Assembly: GCA_964517415.1 (NCBI GenBank)
Contig: CAZFCA010000003.1
Coordinates: 24,333-88,332, forward strand
Source of the DNA: an uncultured Rhodospirillaceae bacterium
Lineage (GTDB): Bacteria; Pseudomonadota; Alphaproteobacteria; UBA9219
Reading direction: 5' to 3'
DNA: 64,000 nt
A model generated the notes under the pieces. It made no database searches, had not been told where the DNA came from, and saw only the letters and a list, made by a program, of their open reading frames with translations. Shown piece by piece: positions 17,451 through 27,188 of the stretch (position 1 is the stretch's first letter; each line of letters starts with the position of its first letter). The translations under genes and the position numbers were made by a program.

Positions 17451-19547
17451 TCATTCCCGCGCAAGCGGGAATCCATCTTTTTGGGAAGCCGCTTCATCTA
17501 TAGCATCAAGAACAATTTTAGGCGTCAACAGCTCAGGCAAAACAATTCCCTGCGGCGCCTGAGGCCCGAAAACGATATTGAAAGGAATGCCGTAGCGGCC
17601 ATAAGCATGCAAAAGCTCCGCGACTTCGGGATTGGGGTTTGTCCAGTTCGCCTGCATGGCGATAACGTCGCTATGGAAAAGTCTTTGCGCCACGGCGCCG
17701 TTCGACAAAGCGAATTTCATATTGGCTCTACAGGTAAGGCACCAATCGGCGGTCACGTCGAGAAAAACGGTTTTGCCCTCGGCAATATCGGCTTTCAGCG
17801 ACATCGGATCGTAAGCCATCCATAACCTGTCGATGGGAGCTTCTTCCTTGGGCTTTAACGCGCCCTGCGCGCCGACGAAAACAGCAAGAACGCAGGCGAG
17901 AACGATAAGAGCGATCGTCGCCAGATAATGAATCCCGCGCTTCTTCAAAGCCAAAAGAATGTGAATAGCGGCCATCATCAACCCAAAGCCAAGCGCGGAA
18001 ACCGCCGTAATCTGCGCCGCCAGAATCCACAAAAGCCAAAGCGCGGTAAGTGCAATGGCGACGCCCAAAATTTGCCGCAGCCGGATCATCCACGCCCCGG
18101 GTTTTGGAAGCAACGTCGCGGCGCGCGGGAAAAGCGCGACGGCGAAATAAGGCAAGGCCATGCCGAAGCCCAAAGCCAAAAAGACCGCGAATATTTCCAA
18201 AGGCCCAGAGGCCAAGGCAAAACCGACAGCCGTGCCGAGGAATGGCGCGGAGCAAGGAGTCGCCAGCAAAGTCGCAAACGCGCCCGTCGCGAAATCACCC
18301 GCCAGTTTGGGATGATAGGTCTCGCTCAACGTATCCGCCAAAAAGCGGGGCAGCGGAATCTCGAACAAGCCCCATAAATTGGCAGCGAAAAACGTCAGCA
18401 ACAGAACAAGGAACATCAGGAAAAACGGCTGCTGAAATTGCACACCCCATCCCATCGCAAGCCCGAAGGCGTTCAGTCCAACCATCGCGATCGCCAGCAC
18501 AAGGAAAGAAAATATAATTCCCGCAGCGGTATGCAAAAAGCTGAGCCTGACGGCGCGCGCTTCCCCGCCGCCATGGCTGATGACGCTGACGATCTTGAGA
18601 GACAGAACAGGCAGAACGCACGGCATCAAATTCAGAATAAACCCGCCCAAGAGCGCGCAAAGCAGCACAAACAGAAAGGACGGATTTTCTGGAACGAAGG
18701 CGGGCGGCGAAGAAATCGCCACAGGCATGATGTTTTTGATCTCCGTCGCATGATCGCCGTTCACGATGGTTAGGGTCATCGGAATTTTTTCCAGCGTCAC
18801 GCCTTCGGGCAACGTGTCGACAGGCTTGATGACCAGCGTCGCCGTTGAACTTTTATCGTCGTATTCAATAGCAGGCGCGCTAAAGCCGATGTTCTTGTCG
18901 TTCTCTGTGAAAATATCCGGCGCTCCCTGTCTGTCGCGCAGGCTGACAATATAGGTAAGGCTTTGCCCGTCGCTGGAAATGCCTTTAAGAAGAATGCCGG
19001 ATTCCTCGGGCGAGGAGGGCAAAAGAGCCTGCGCCTGCTGCCAAAGGGCGGTTTCCGTATCGGGAAAAGCGGAACCTGTCGGAACGGCAAGACTGAGATC
19101 GAAATGCTTAGGCACGCAAATGGAACTGCACACTAGAATATCGACGGATAGGTCGGCTTTCAGCCCCTGCCCTGCATTGCGCAGCTTCGCCTCGATGGGA
19201 AAAACGACGTGCTCGCCATAGCCCACCGTTTCAAGGCCGAACGCCGAATAGCGGCGCGGCGCGGGAAAATGCAAAACGGCTTCTTTCAGATTATTCGCAT
19301 CCGTCTGGCTGCGGCTCCAATCCAATTGGGGAGGAAGCCCCGAGATCCCTGGCGAGCGCCAATATGTATGCCATCCGTCCGCAAGACGAAGCTCCAACCC
19401 CAGCTTGGCCGTATCCTCCGTCATGGCAATGGGGCTGGCAGCGATCAGGCGCGCCGAAACGGTATTGTCCGTAACCCATTCGCCCGCCAAGGCGAAGGCG
19501 TCGGACGGCAACGCGAAAAGGAACAACGCGACGAGAATAAGTTTCAT
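17451..19547 (-). CDS. dsbD: thiol:disulfide interchange protein DsbD
   Basis: Signal peptide, N-terminal DsbD-alpha domain, a central CcdA-type multi-TM core with a PCVLP motif, and a C-terminal thioredoxin domain with WCLTC. The ORF-track start is trimmed to the internal Met (MKLILVALFL). Confidence 0.85.
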   Translation of the reverse strand: MKLILVALFLFALPSDAFALAGEWVTDNTVSARLIAASPIAMTEDTAKLGLELRLADGWHTYWRSPGISGLPPQLDWSRSQTDANNLKEAVLHFPAPRRYSAFGLETVGYGEHVVFPIEAKLRNAGQGLKADLSVDILVCSSICVPKHFDLSLAVPTGSAFPDTETALWQQAQALLPSSPEESGILLKGISSDGQSLTYIVSLRDRQGAPDIFTENDKNIGFSAPAIEYDDKSSTATLVIKPVDTLPEGVTLEKIPMTLTIVNGDHATEIKNIMPVAISSPPAFVPENPSFLFVLLCALLGGFILNLMPCVLPVLSLKIVSVISHGGGEARAVRLSFLHTAAGIIFSFLVLAIAMVGLNAFGLAMGWGVQFQQPFFLMFLVLLLTFFAANLWGLFEIPLPRFLADTLSETYHPKLAGDFATGAFATLLATPCSAPFLGTAVGFALASGPLEIFAVFLALGFGMALPYFAVALFPRAATLLPKPGAWMIRLRQILGVAIALTALWLLWILAAQITAVSALGFGLMMAAIHILLALKKRGIHYLATIALIVLACVLAVFVGAQGALKPKEEAPIDRLWMAYDPMSLKADIAEGKTVFLDVTADWCLTCRANMKFALSNGAVAQRLFHSDVIAMQANWTNPNPEVAELLHAYGRYGIPFNIVFGPQAPQGIVLPELLTPKIVLDAIDEAASQKDGFPLARE

Positions 19548-19654
19548 GGCAAGCCCCGAGAAACGAATGAAAACCAAAGCCCGCCTACGGCAGAAAACCA
19601 TTGCGCATATTCGGTTGCCTTCGGCGAATATTTAGCTATCAAAGAATCGCAAGT

Positions 19655-19738
19655 TGAGAGAGAATATGCAAGAAAAGAACGTGAAGTCGAACAATGTCGA
19701 ACAATATGGATAGGTTCATTGGTTATTCAATATAAAGG
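19655..19738 (+). repeat. MITE-like repeat, partial copy B (3' half)
   Basis: GTGAAGTCGAACAATGTCGAACAATATGGATAGGTTCATTGGTTATTCAATAT carries the GAAGTCGA core and the 3' TIR. Confidence 0.5.
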
Positions 19739-19750
19739 CTTGTTGAAAAG

Positions 19751-20371
19751 ATGAAGGACATCATTTCGCGCCTCAGAAAAATAGGCAAAGCCGAAAAGCC
19801 AGGCTTGTCCGCAACCCCCAGCTGGCTAACGGGGCAAATGCTTGTCGCCATGCCCGGAATGGCCGATCCGCGTTTTGTTCGATCCGTTATTTATATCTGC
19901 TCTCACGGCCCCAGCGGCGCAATGGGGCTAGTGATCAACCGGCTTTTCGGCGCGGCCGATTTTCCGATGCTTTTGGAACAACTTAATATCGACTCGACGC
20001 CGGAGACGCCCGAAATGTCGGTCCAATTCGGCGGACCGGTCGAAATGGGACGGGGTTTCGTCTTGCATACAAGCGATTATTTACATGGAGGAACGACGAG
20101 AATCGACGACCGAATCTCCGTGACGGCGACCATCGAGATTATTCAGGATATCGCGTCGGGCAAAGGCCCGTCGCGCTCCCTGATGCTTTTGGGCTATGCG
20201 GGATGGGGCGCGGGACAGTTGGAGGAAGAACTTAAAAGCAACGGCTGGCTTACGGTGGAAGCGGACGAGGATATCCTCTTCGACAGCGATCTCGATTCCA
20301 AATGGGACCGCGCCATGGCCAAGATGGGCATCAGCCCTTCGATGCTTTCGTCCCTGCAAGGCAATGCCTGA
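19751..20371 (+). CDS. YqgE/AlgH family protein (UPF0301)
   Basis: MLVAMPGMADPRFVRSVIYICSHGPSGAMGLVINR is the signature N-terminal region of the family. Confidence 0.85.
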   Translation: MKDIISRLRKIGKAEKPGLSATPSWLTGQMLVAMPGMADPRFVRSVIYICSHGPSGAMGLVINRLFGAADFPMLLEQLNIDSTPETPEMSVQFGGPVEMGRGFVLHTSDYLHGGTTRIDDRISVTATIEIIQDIASGKGPSRSLMLLGYAGWGAGQLEEELKSNGWLTVEADEDILFDSDLDSKWDRAMAKMGISPSMLSSLQGNA

Positions 20372-20463
20372 TTGCTTAACAATAGGCGTTAACGATAGTT
20401 TATTGCCAACAAACAGCGTGAATTATGTCCTCTTCCGTGGTATCTTCCTATTAGGAGGGGCAG

Positions 20464-20955
20464 ATGAATTACGACCGCCGTCATTCTTTGGAACATAGCG
20501 ACAGGCCGCGACTGACAGAGCAAACTCTTCCGCGTCGTGGAAATCTACATGGCTTGAGAGCCGAAGGAGCGCGTGAAGACTTCTCGCGCCGTGGCGAGAC
20601 GGCGCTTGTTGGCCGTTCAAGAAATTCCGAACTTTTGCCGACCTCTGCGGAGCGGGCGAAGCCGACACCCGAGAACAAGCGTCCCCCTCTTCAGCCCAGC
20701 AAAGGATTAACCCAGATTGTCGACGGCGATACGAATAAGGTGCAGGTATCAAATCACGCTCTTGCTGCGTCGACAAAAGGCCCCAAAAAAGGCGCCGCGC
20801 CACAGGCCGCAGCCCCCGCGCCGTCAGGAAATACGAAAAGGCGCGACCATAGAAGCGCGCTTTCATCCATCGATAATATGCTTTTGTCCACGCCCTTGCC
20901 CCAGCCCCAATATGTCAAGGGCAGACGCGTGCGCGCGGAAGACCTTACGCTTTAA
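20464..20955 (+). CDS. hypothetical basic, low-complexity (predicted disordered) protein
   Basis: Strong Shine-Dalgarno AGGAGGGG immediately upstream of the ATG. 163 aa rich in R/K/P/A/S, no recognisable domain. The minus-strand ORF 20423..20866 overlaps it and lacks comparable translation signals. Confidence 0.4.
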   Translation: MNYDRRHSLEHSDRPRLTEQTLPRRGNLHGLRAEGAREDFSRRGETALVGRSRNSELLPTSAERAKPTPENKRPPLQPSKGLTQIVDGDTNKVQVSNHALAASTKGPKKGAAPQAAAPAPSGNTKRRDHRSALSSIDNMLLSTPLPQPQYVKGRRVRAEDLTL

Positions 20956-20998
20956 TTCCGGCTTTCCTCATTCCCCCGCCTCCGCTATATAAACTTGT

Positions 20999-21427
20999 AT
21001 GATTATCGGCGTCGGCAGCGATATCGCGAATATAGCCCGCATCGAAAAAACGCTTTCCCATTTCGGGGAGCGTTTCGTGCGCCGCATATTCACGCCCGTG
21101 GAGCAAGCCAAAGCCGAAAAGCGTCAGACGCCGGCGGCGACGTATGCCAAGCGTTTTGCCGCCAAGGAAGCCTGCGCCAAAGCGCTTGCAACCGGCATGA
21201 ACCGAGGCGTTTTTTTCAAGGATATGGGCGTCGTCAATCTGCCTTCGGGGGCGCCCACTTTGGAGCTTACCGGCAATGCTTTGAAGCGCCTTCAGGAAAT
21301 GACCCCCGAAGGCATGACCGCAAAAATTCACCTTAGCCTTTCCGACGATCACCCATGGGCGCAGGCGTTCGTGGTGATCGAAGCGATTAAGCCGGCAGGC
21401 AGGAATCAGGAAACAGAAAGCGCGTAA
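20999..21427 (+). CDS. acpS: holo-[acyl-carrier-protein] synthase
   Basis: [17 protein letters not shown]-terminus and the [11 protein letters not shown] motif of 4'-phosphopantetheinyl transferase AcpS. Confidence 0.9.
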   Translation: MIIGVGSDIANIARIEKTLSHFGERFVRRIFTPVEQAKAEKRQTPAATYAKRFAAKEACAKALATGMNRGVFFKDMGVVNLPSGAPTLELTGNALKRLQEMTPEGMTAKIHLSLSDDHPWAQAFVVIEAIKPAGRNQETESA

Positions 21428-21721
21428 GCAAGAGTGAGCTGCACCCTCGTCGTCTAGACCAGAAACTGGGGTAAATTAAAGTATTGCTCTTCATTGTTAT
21501 GCGATAATTGAATTTTCCATTTCGACGCCCCTCTTCATTTTTTCCTGTTTATACAGAGCGAAAACGACAAGAGCGGCCACACATCCGCAATCTCCGAAAT
21601 CCTCAGTTAATACGGCAAAATGCAAGGATGTTCATATCGTTCTATGTTCCAGCCCCTTCCCTTGCTGCGCTTTGAAAATAAGTGTACCCCATGTGTTGGA
21701 GCATTAAATCCGGAGGGGAAC

Positions 21722-22972
21722 ATGAACGACCTCGATCCGATTGTTTTTAATCTTGCCACGGCTCTTGGAATCGGCCTGCTGATCGGCGGAGAACGCGAAC
21801 GACGCAGAGGCGAAGGAACTTTGCAAACGGCAGCGGGAATCCGCACCTTTACCATGGCTTCGCTTGCCGGAGCCGTTAGCATGATAATCGGCGGCGAGAT
21901 CGCGCTGGCCGTCACGATGGCGGGCGTAATCGCCTTAACCGCGCTTGCCTACTGGCGCACGAACGAAACCGATCCGGGGCTGACTACCGAAATTTCCCTC
22001 ATTCTCATCGTTTTGCTTGGCGGCCTTTCCTTGCAACAGCCCGCGTTGGCGGCGGGAATCGCGGTCGCAGTCGTCATTCTGCTTGCCGCTCGGCGGATGC
22101 TTCATCATTTCGTGCATAAAGTGCTGACGGACGAAGAAATCAACGACGGCTTAATCTTCGCCAGCGCGACACTTGTCGTCCTGCCGCTTCTTCCTAACGA
22201 GCCGATGGGGCCTTATGGCGCTTTCAACCCCTATAAAATATGGCTTGTCGTTATTCTTGTCATGGCCATCAGCGCGGCGGGCTATATCGCCGTGCGCACG
22301 CTTGGTCCGCGTTTTGGGCTTCCGCTGGCAGGCCTTGCTTCGGGCTTTATCTCCAGCACCGCGACAATCGGCGCCATGGGCGCGCGCGCGGTGCAAACGC
22401 CGGGCATCCTTTCAGGCGCGGTCGCCGGCGCTGTGCTGTCGACCGTTGCGACGATCATTCAAATGGCGGTCGTCGTAGGCACGACCAGCCTGCCCGCCCT
22501 TCAGACACTAACACCGTCCCTTTTCTTCGCGGGCATTGCCGCCGTGGCCTATGGCGCCGTCTTTACAATCATCGCCATAAGGCAAAAAACGAAAAACGAT
22601 CCCAAGCCCGGCAAAGCGTTCAAATTTTCTACCGCGCTGATCTTCGCGGCCGTACTTGCCGGCATTATGCTTGTCTCTGCCGCGCTGCGCGAATGGTTTG
22701 GCGGGACCGGCGTCATCCTCGCCGCAGCCCTTGCGGGATTTGTGGACACGCATGCCGCCGCCATTTCCGTGGCTTCGCTTGTCGCCTCGGGCAAGATGCC
22801 CGCCGCCGATGCCCTTATTCCCATTCTTGCGGGGCTTACGACCAACACCATCAGCAAACTCATCTTCGCGCGAACAAACGGCGGAAACGCCTTCGCCCTT
22901 CGGGTCGTGCCCGGGCTTATCCTTGTCGCGCTTTCGGCGTGGGCTGGCCTGTTGTATCAACCCAGTTTGTGA
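21722..22972 (+). CDS. MgtC/SapB-family N-terminal domain plus DUF4010-type polytopic membrane protein
   Basis: N-terminal GIGLLIGGERERRRGE...AGIRTF MgtC-like motif, then about 10 hydrophobic helices. The ORF-track start is trimmed to the MNDLDP Met at 21722. Confidence 0.65.
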   Translation: MNDLDPIVFNLATALGIGLLIGGERERRRGEGTLQTAAGIRTFTMASLAGAVSMIIGGEIALAVTMAGVIALTALAYWRTNETDPGLTTEISLILIVLLGGLSLQQPALAAGIAVAVVILLAARRMLHHFVHKVLTDEEINDGLIFASATLVVLPLLPNEPMGPYGAFNPYKIWLVVILVMAISAAGYIAVRTLGPRFGLPLAGLASGFISSTATIGAMGARAVQTPGILSGAVAGAVLSTVATIIQMAVVVGTTSLPALQTLTPSLFFAGIAAVAYGAVFTIIAIRQKTKNDPKPGKAFKFSTALIFAAVLAGIMLVSAALREWFGGTGVILAAALAGFVDTHAAAISVASLVASGKMPAADALIPILAGLTTNTISKLIFARTNGGNAFALRVVPGLILVALSAWAGLLYQPSL

Positions 22973-22992
22973 TTATTTTAACTGCTATTTGC

Positions 22993-24324
22993 TTACCCGT
23001 AAACGATCCCTGCTCCCAATCCATTCATCATTTCGGCAAAGGCGGGGAAGCTGGTGGCGATAAAACTGCCGTCGTCGATGGAAACCGGATTTTCCGCGCG
23101 CATGCCCAAAACTAAAAAACTCATGGCGATGCGATGGTCCATGGCCGTAGCGACCGTCGCGCCCCCCGCAGGCGGCTCGCCTGTCCCATGAACAATCAAA
23201 TCGTCGCCTTGGCTCTCCGCCTTCACGCCGCACTGCGCCAGCCCCGCAGCCATCAGGCTTAGGCGGTCGCTTTCCTTAACGCGCAATTCGCCAAGGCCGC
23301 ACATGCGCGTCGTTCCCTTGGCGCAGGCTGCCGCAATGGCAAGGATGGGGTACTCGTCGATCATATTCGGCGCCATGGAAGCTGGGACGTCGATCCCCAT
23401 GAGCTGCCCCGCCTGAACAATCAAATCCGCCACAGGCTCGCCGCCAGCATCGCGTTCGTTTTCAATGGCGATACCCGCGCCCATTTTGCGCAAAACCTCG
23501 ATCAGTCCCGCGCGTCGCGGATTGACGCCAACATTGCGCAACGTAAGGCGCGACCCTGGACAAACCAAAGCCGCGACAAGAAAAAATGCAGCCGAACTGA
23601 TATCCGCGGGAACATCGATATGTTGTCCCTTTAAGGATGGGAATCCTTCAAGGGATATAATCTCCGCGCCGTCCTCGCGCATCTCTGACGACACAGAAGC
23701 CCCGAAAGCGCGCAAAAGATTTTCCGTATGATCACGCGTGGGCGTGGTCTGTATAACGGTGGTTATGCCTTTCGCCTTCAATGCCGCCAGAAAAATGGCC
23801 GACTTCACCTGCGCCGAAGCGATGGGAAGCATATAGATGATGGCTTTGGGACTGCCCGCTCCCGTAACGGTCAGTGGCAATTTATCGCCGTTTCCTGAAA
23901 AATGCGCGCCCATCTGGGAAAGCGGCTCGATCACGCGGCCCATCGGCCTTTTGCTGAGCGAGGGATCGCCAGTGAAACGGGCCAAAAAATTCTGCCCCGC
24001 CACAAGCCCCATAAGAAGCCGCACCGACGTGCCGCTATTGCCCATGTAAAGATCGCCCGCAGGAGCATGAAGTCCTGAAAGCCCCGCCCCGCTAATATGC
24101 CAAACGTCCTTGTCCTTTTTGATTCTGGCGCCCATCGCGCACATGGCTTTCATGGTACAAAGGACGTCCTCGCCCTCCAAAAGGCCGCGCACGGTCGTCG
24201 TACCGTGGGCGATGCCGCCCAGCATAATGCTGCGATGGGAAATGCTTTTATCGCCCGGAGGCGTAACCTCCCCAGAAAGCGGCCCGCACGGAGAGGAGGT
24301 GAGTTTTTGGGGAGAGGTAAGCAT
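22993..24324 (-). CDS. aroA: 3-phosphoshikimate 1-carboxyvinyltransferase (EPSP synthase)
   Basis: GDKSISHRSIMLGGIA and LGNSGTSVRLLMG motifs, 443 aa. Confidence 0.9.
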   Translation of the reverse strand: MLTSPQKLTSSPCGPLSGEVTPPGDKSISHRSIMLGGIAHGTTTVRGLLEGEDVLCTMKAMCAMGARIKKDKDVWHISGAGLSGLHAPAGDLYMGNSGTSVRLLMGLVAGQNFLARFTGDPSLSKRPMGRVIEPLSQMGAHFSGNGDKLPLTVTGAGSPKAIIYMLPIASAQVKSAIFLAALKAKGITTVIQTTPTRDHTENLLRAFGASVSSEMREDGAEIISLEGFPSLKGQHIDVPADISSAAFFLVAALVCPGSRLTLRNVGVNPRRAGLIEVLRKMGAGIAIENERDAGGEPVADLIVQAGQLMGIDVPASMAPNMIDEYPILAIAAACAKGTTRMCGLGELRVKESDRLSLMAAGLAQCGVKAESQGDDLIVHGTGEPPAGGATVATAMDHRIAMSFLVLGMRAENPVSIDDGSFIATSFPAFAEMMNGLGAGIVYG

Positions 24325-24413
24325 ACAAGAGCTTTTCTAAATTTAGGAAAAGCGTATCTAGCTATATTTTCCCCATTTTTGAAAGACAATTTGCTGGTAT
24401 TCATCTAGTATTT

Positions 24414-24442
24414 CTTGAAATTTTACGAATAAATCCCAATCT
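24414..24442 (+). promoter_or_regulatory. candidate sigma-32 (RpoH)-type heat-shock promoter upstream of grpE
   Basis: CTTGAAA at 24414-24420, a 14-nt spacer, then CCCAATCT at 24435-24442. Compare the consensus CTTGAAA-N13-15-CCCCATNT. It lies about 70 nt upstream of the grpE ATG in an AT-rich divergent intergenic region. Confidence 0.4.
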
Positions 24443-24513
24443 TGCTCCTTGGGTATGACAATGCTTAAAAATAAGCTATGATTCTCGTAAACAGGATCAA
24501 AGAGGAACGCTAA

Positions 24514-25095
24514 ATGACGGATATGGAAGACAAAAACGAAGACGCACAAAGCGAGGCCTGCGCCGCACGGGACAATCCCCAGCAAGAGCCGGATCATGCC
24601 GCCCAAGTCGCCGAGCTGGAAAAGCAGCTTGCCGACATGAAGGATAAAGTCTTGCGCGCCATGGCGGATTCGGAAAACACGCGCCGCCGCGCCCAAAAAG
24701 ACCGCGAGGAAACCTCGAAATACGCCATTGCCAATTTCGCCAAGGAAATGCTGACCGTTTCCGACAATTTCCGCCGCGCTCTGGAAGCCGCGCCAACCGA
24801 TCATCTTGACGAGCCCGTGAAAAACCTGATCGCGGGCATCGATGCGACCGAGCGTCAGTTCCTCGCCGCGCTGGAGCGTTTTGGCATCAAGAAGATGGAT
24901 GCGCTTGGGCAGCCATTCGACCCCCATTTCCATCGTGTGATGATGGAAGTAAATGCCGAAGGCCAATCGGCGGGAACTATCGTCCAGGTTATCCAGCCCG
25001 GTTATATGATACACGACCGCCTTTTAAGGGAAGCCCTCGTCGCGATCGCGCGGAGCGAGGCGCAAGCCGTCCCGCATGTAGATACTTCGGCATAA
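24514..25095 (+). CDS. grpE: nucleotide exchange factor GrpE
   Basis: Acidic N-terminus, a coiled-coil (AELEKQLADMKDKVLRAMADSENTRRRAQKDRE) and a C-terminal beta domain. Confidence 0.9.
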   Translation: MTDMEDKNEDAQSEACAARDNPQQEPDHAAQVAELEKQLADMKDKVLRAMADSENTRRRAQKDREETSKYAIANFAKEMLTVSDNFRRALEAAPTDHLDEPVKNLIAGIDATERQFLAALERFGIKKMDALGQPFDPHFHRVMMEVNAEGQSAGTIVQVIQPGYMIHDRLLREALVAIARSEAQAVPHVDTSA

Positions 25096-25282
25096 TTCAG
25101 CGGTACGAAAGGGAAGGTAGTTCTAAACGGCGTCATCCCCGCGAAAGAGGGGATCCGAGCCAGATTTCGTGCGGAATGGCACGCGTTCAAGCTCAAAATT
25201 CTTTTCTCAATAACGCGCAAAAAACATTCCTCTCGAACAAGAAATGTTTTAATCTTTCTCCTTCCTCTCGAATCTCTTTCCC

Positions 25283-26353
25283 ATGTCCGATACTCCCGCC
25301 GATCCTTTCGATTTGCCGCCGCATCGCGAAACGTTCCTTGCGCGTTATCCGCGCAGACTGAAACTCGCGGTTACGGGCAGCGTTCTTCTTCTGGCGCTTC
25401 TTGTCTCCTTCTGGCCAAGCCCTGCGCCGGATGCCGGAAGCGCAGCCAAGGAAGAAGGCGGATTCTTCTCGTTCTTCGCCTCTTCGGGCAAAAAACTATT
25501 CAGCAGCTCCGATGCGGATATCCACGCGCCCGCCCTGAACGACCAGAACGACCGAAGCGTCAAATTAATGCCGGCGCCGGACGCGCGGGTTAGCGAAGAT
25601 ACGCCCGAAGGCCCCTTGCCCAAAATCAGCGAATTCGGCCTGAAGCCGTGGCTGGTTTACGCCCGGCCATTCAATCTCGCCGATAAAAGGCCGCGCATCG
25701 CCGTTGTTATTGCGGACCTTGGCCTGTCCGAACCTTTGACGGAAAAAGCCATTCTCGAAACCCCTCCCACGGTGACGCTTTCTTTCAATCCGGTGGAAAA
25801 TGTGGTAGGCGCATGGGGCGCGCGGGCGCGGCAGGAAGGGCACGAATTCCTTCTTCAATTGCCGGTGGAGCCGTATGATTATCCAAACAGCGACCCGGGG
25901 CCGGACGCTCTTTTGGTCAATCTGTCGAGTACGGAAAACCTGTCGCGGCTTATGAAAACTTTTCGCAAGGCTTCGGGATATATCGGCGTCACAACGACTT
26001 ACGGCTCATCCTTTACGTCCGATTCATCCGATTTCCCATTGATATTACAAACGCTTCAGTCCCGCGGCCTTGTCGTGCTCGATTCGCGGGCTGCGCCGCA
26101 CAGCGTCGTAACGGATATGGCTCGCAACGCCTCGGTTCCGGTTGCGGTCGTCAACCAACATCTTGACGCCAATCTGGCTCCGGAAGAGATTCAGGCAGCC
26201 TTGGCCGAACTTGAAAAAACGGCACAAAGGAACGGCCGCGCGATAGGCATGACATCCGCAACGCCCTTGATGCTTTCTCAGCTTCAAGCATGGATGGAAA
26301 CCTTGCCGGGCAAAGGAATCGCGCTTGCGCCCGTCAGCGCCATTGCTCAATAA
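25283..26353 (+). CDS. divergent polysaccharide deacetylase family protein (YibQ-like)
   Basis: N-terminal TM anchor, then IAVVIADLGLS...VTLSFNPVEN...GHEFLLQLPVEPYDYPNSDPGPDALLV, which matches the YibQ 'divergent polysaccharide deacetylase' fold. Confidence 0.7.
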   Translation: MSDTPADPFDLPPHRETFLARYPRRLKLAVTGSVLLLALLVSFWPSPAPDAGSAAKEEGGFFSFFASSGKKLFSSSDADIHAPALNDQNDRSVKLMPAPDARVSEDTPEGPLPKISEFGLKPWLVYARPFNLADKRPRIAVVIADLGLSEPLTEKAILETPPTVTLSFNPVENVVGAWGARARQEGHEFLLQLPVEPYDYPNSDPGPDALLVNLSSTENLSRLMKTFRKASGYIGVTTTYGSSFTSDSSDFPLILQTLQSRGLVVLDSRAAPHSVVTDMARNASVPVAVVNQHLDANLAPEEIQAALAELEKTAQRNGRAIGMTSATPLMLSQLQAWMETLPGKGIALAPVSAIAQ

Positions 26354-26364
26354 TAGGGATAAGC

Positions 26365-26928
26365 ATGACTCCAATCATCGATTTTCATAAATTTCCCTAC
26401 CGCCGTAGCGTCGGCATTTGCCTTTTCAATAGGCAGGGGCGCGTTTTAGTGGCCGAAAGGCGCGACAAAAAAGGCGCGTGGCAAATGCCGCAAGGCGGCA
26501 TCCAGAAAGATGAGGATCCCGCCAAGGCCGTTTTCCGCGAAATGAAGGAGGAGATCGGCACCGACAAAGCCCGCATCCTCGCCAAGGCGCCCGAGATTTT
26601 GTGCTATGAATTTCCGGATTGGCTTCAAAACCGCCGCATCAGCATGGAAGGCGGCGCAGGTCCCGTCTTTCACGGAAAATACCGCGGCCAGGAACAGGAA
26701 TGGTTCGCCCTTTTGTTTTTGGGCGAAGACCGCGAGATTGACCTGACCGGCAAAAACGAACCCGAATTGCCGGAATTCGTCAGCTGGCGATGGGCGGCCT
26801 TAAGCGAGACGCCCGAATTGATCGTCGCCTTCAAAAAGCCTTGCTACGACCGCGTCGTGGACTTTTTCACGCCGATTGCCGAGGCCTTGAAACGCGGGGA
26901 AGATCCAGGGATCAGTGATCAGTTATAA
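26365..26928 (+). CDS. rppH: RNA pyrophosphohydrolase (NUDIX)
   Basis: Nudix box GGIQKDEDPAKAVFREMKEEIG. The ORF-track start is trimmed to the MTPIIDFHK Met. Confidence 0.85.
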   Translation: MTPIIDFHKFPYRRSVGICLFNRQGRVLVAERRDKKGAWQMPQGGIQKDEDPAKAVFREMKEEIGTDKARILAKAPEILCYEFPDWLQNRRISMEGGAGPVFHGKYRGQEQEWFALLFLGEDREIDLTGKNEPELPEFVSWRWAALSETPELIVAFKKPCYDRVVDFFTPIAEALKRGEDPGISDQL

Positions 26929-27094
26929 GAAACATAAATATTTTTGAACCGCATCAGCCATTAATAACAGTGTTATCCTCGGGCGAGCCAACGCGAAGCG
27001 TTGGGGAGGCTCGGGGATCCATGCTGACTTTCTTCAAGGACAACCTCTCCAGAATCCTCGCCCACTTTCCCCGTCATTCCGCAACCTGTCACTC

Positions 27095-27170
27095 ACTCGT
27101 ATAAAGAATGCTTGAGTATTATTAGCAGCGATTGGCGAGTGAGTGACTGGCGATTTAGTTTTTTTACCCC
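27095..27170. other. long perfect inverted repeat (12-bp stem, ~40-nt loop) followed by a T-run, between convergent genes
   Basis: GTCACTCACTCG ... CGAGTGAGTGAC, followed by GGCGATTTAGTTTTTTT. Candidate terminator or small structured RNA. Confidence 0.35.
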
Positions 27171-27188
27171 AGCCCCCAAATCCAATCT

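Noticed and set aside
22173-23115. Multiple long R/A/G-rich ORFs on both strands overlapping the MgtC/DUF4010 membrane protein gene
   Set aside because: The plus-strand frame encoding hydrophobic helices with an MgtC motif is the only one with protein-like composition. The others are GC-shadow frames.
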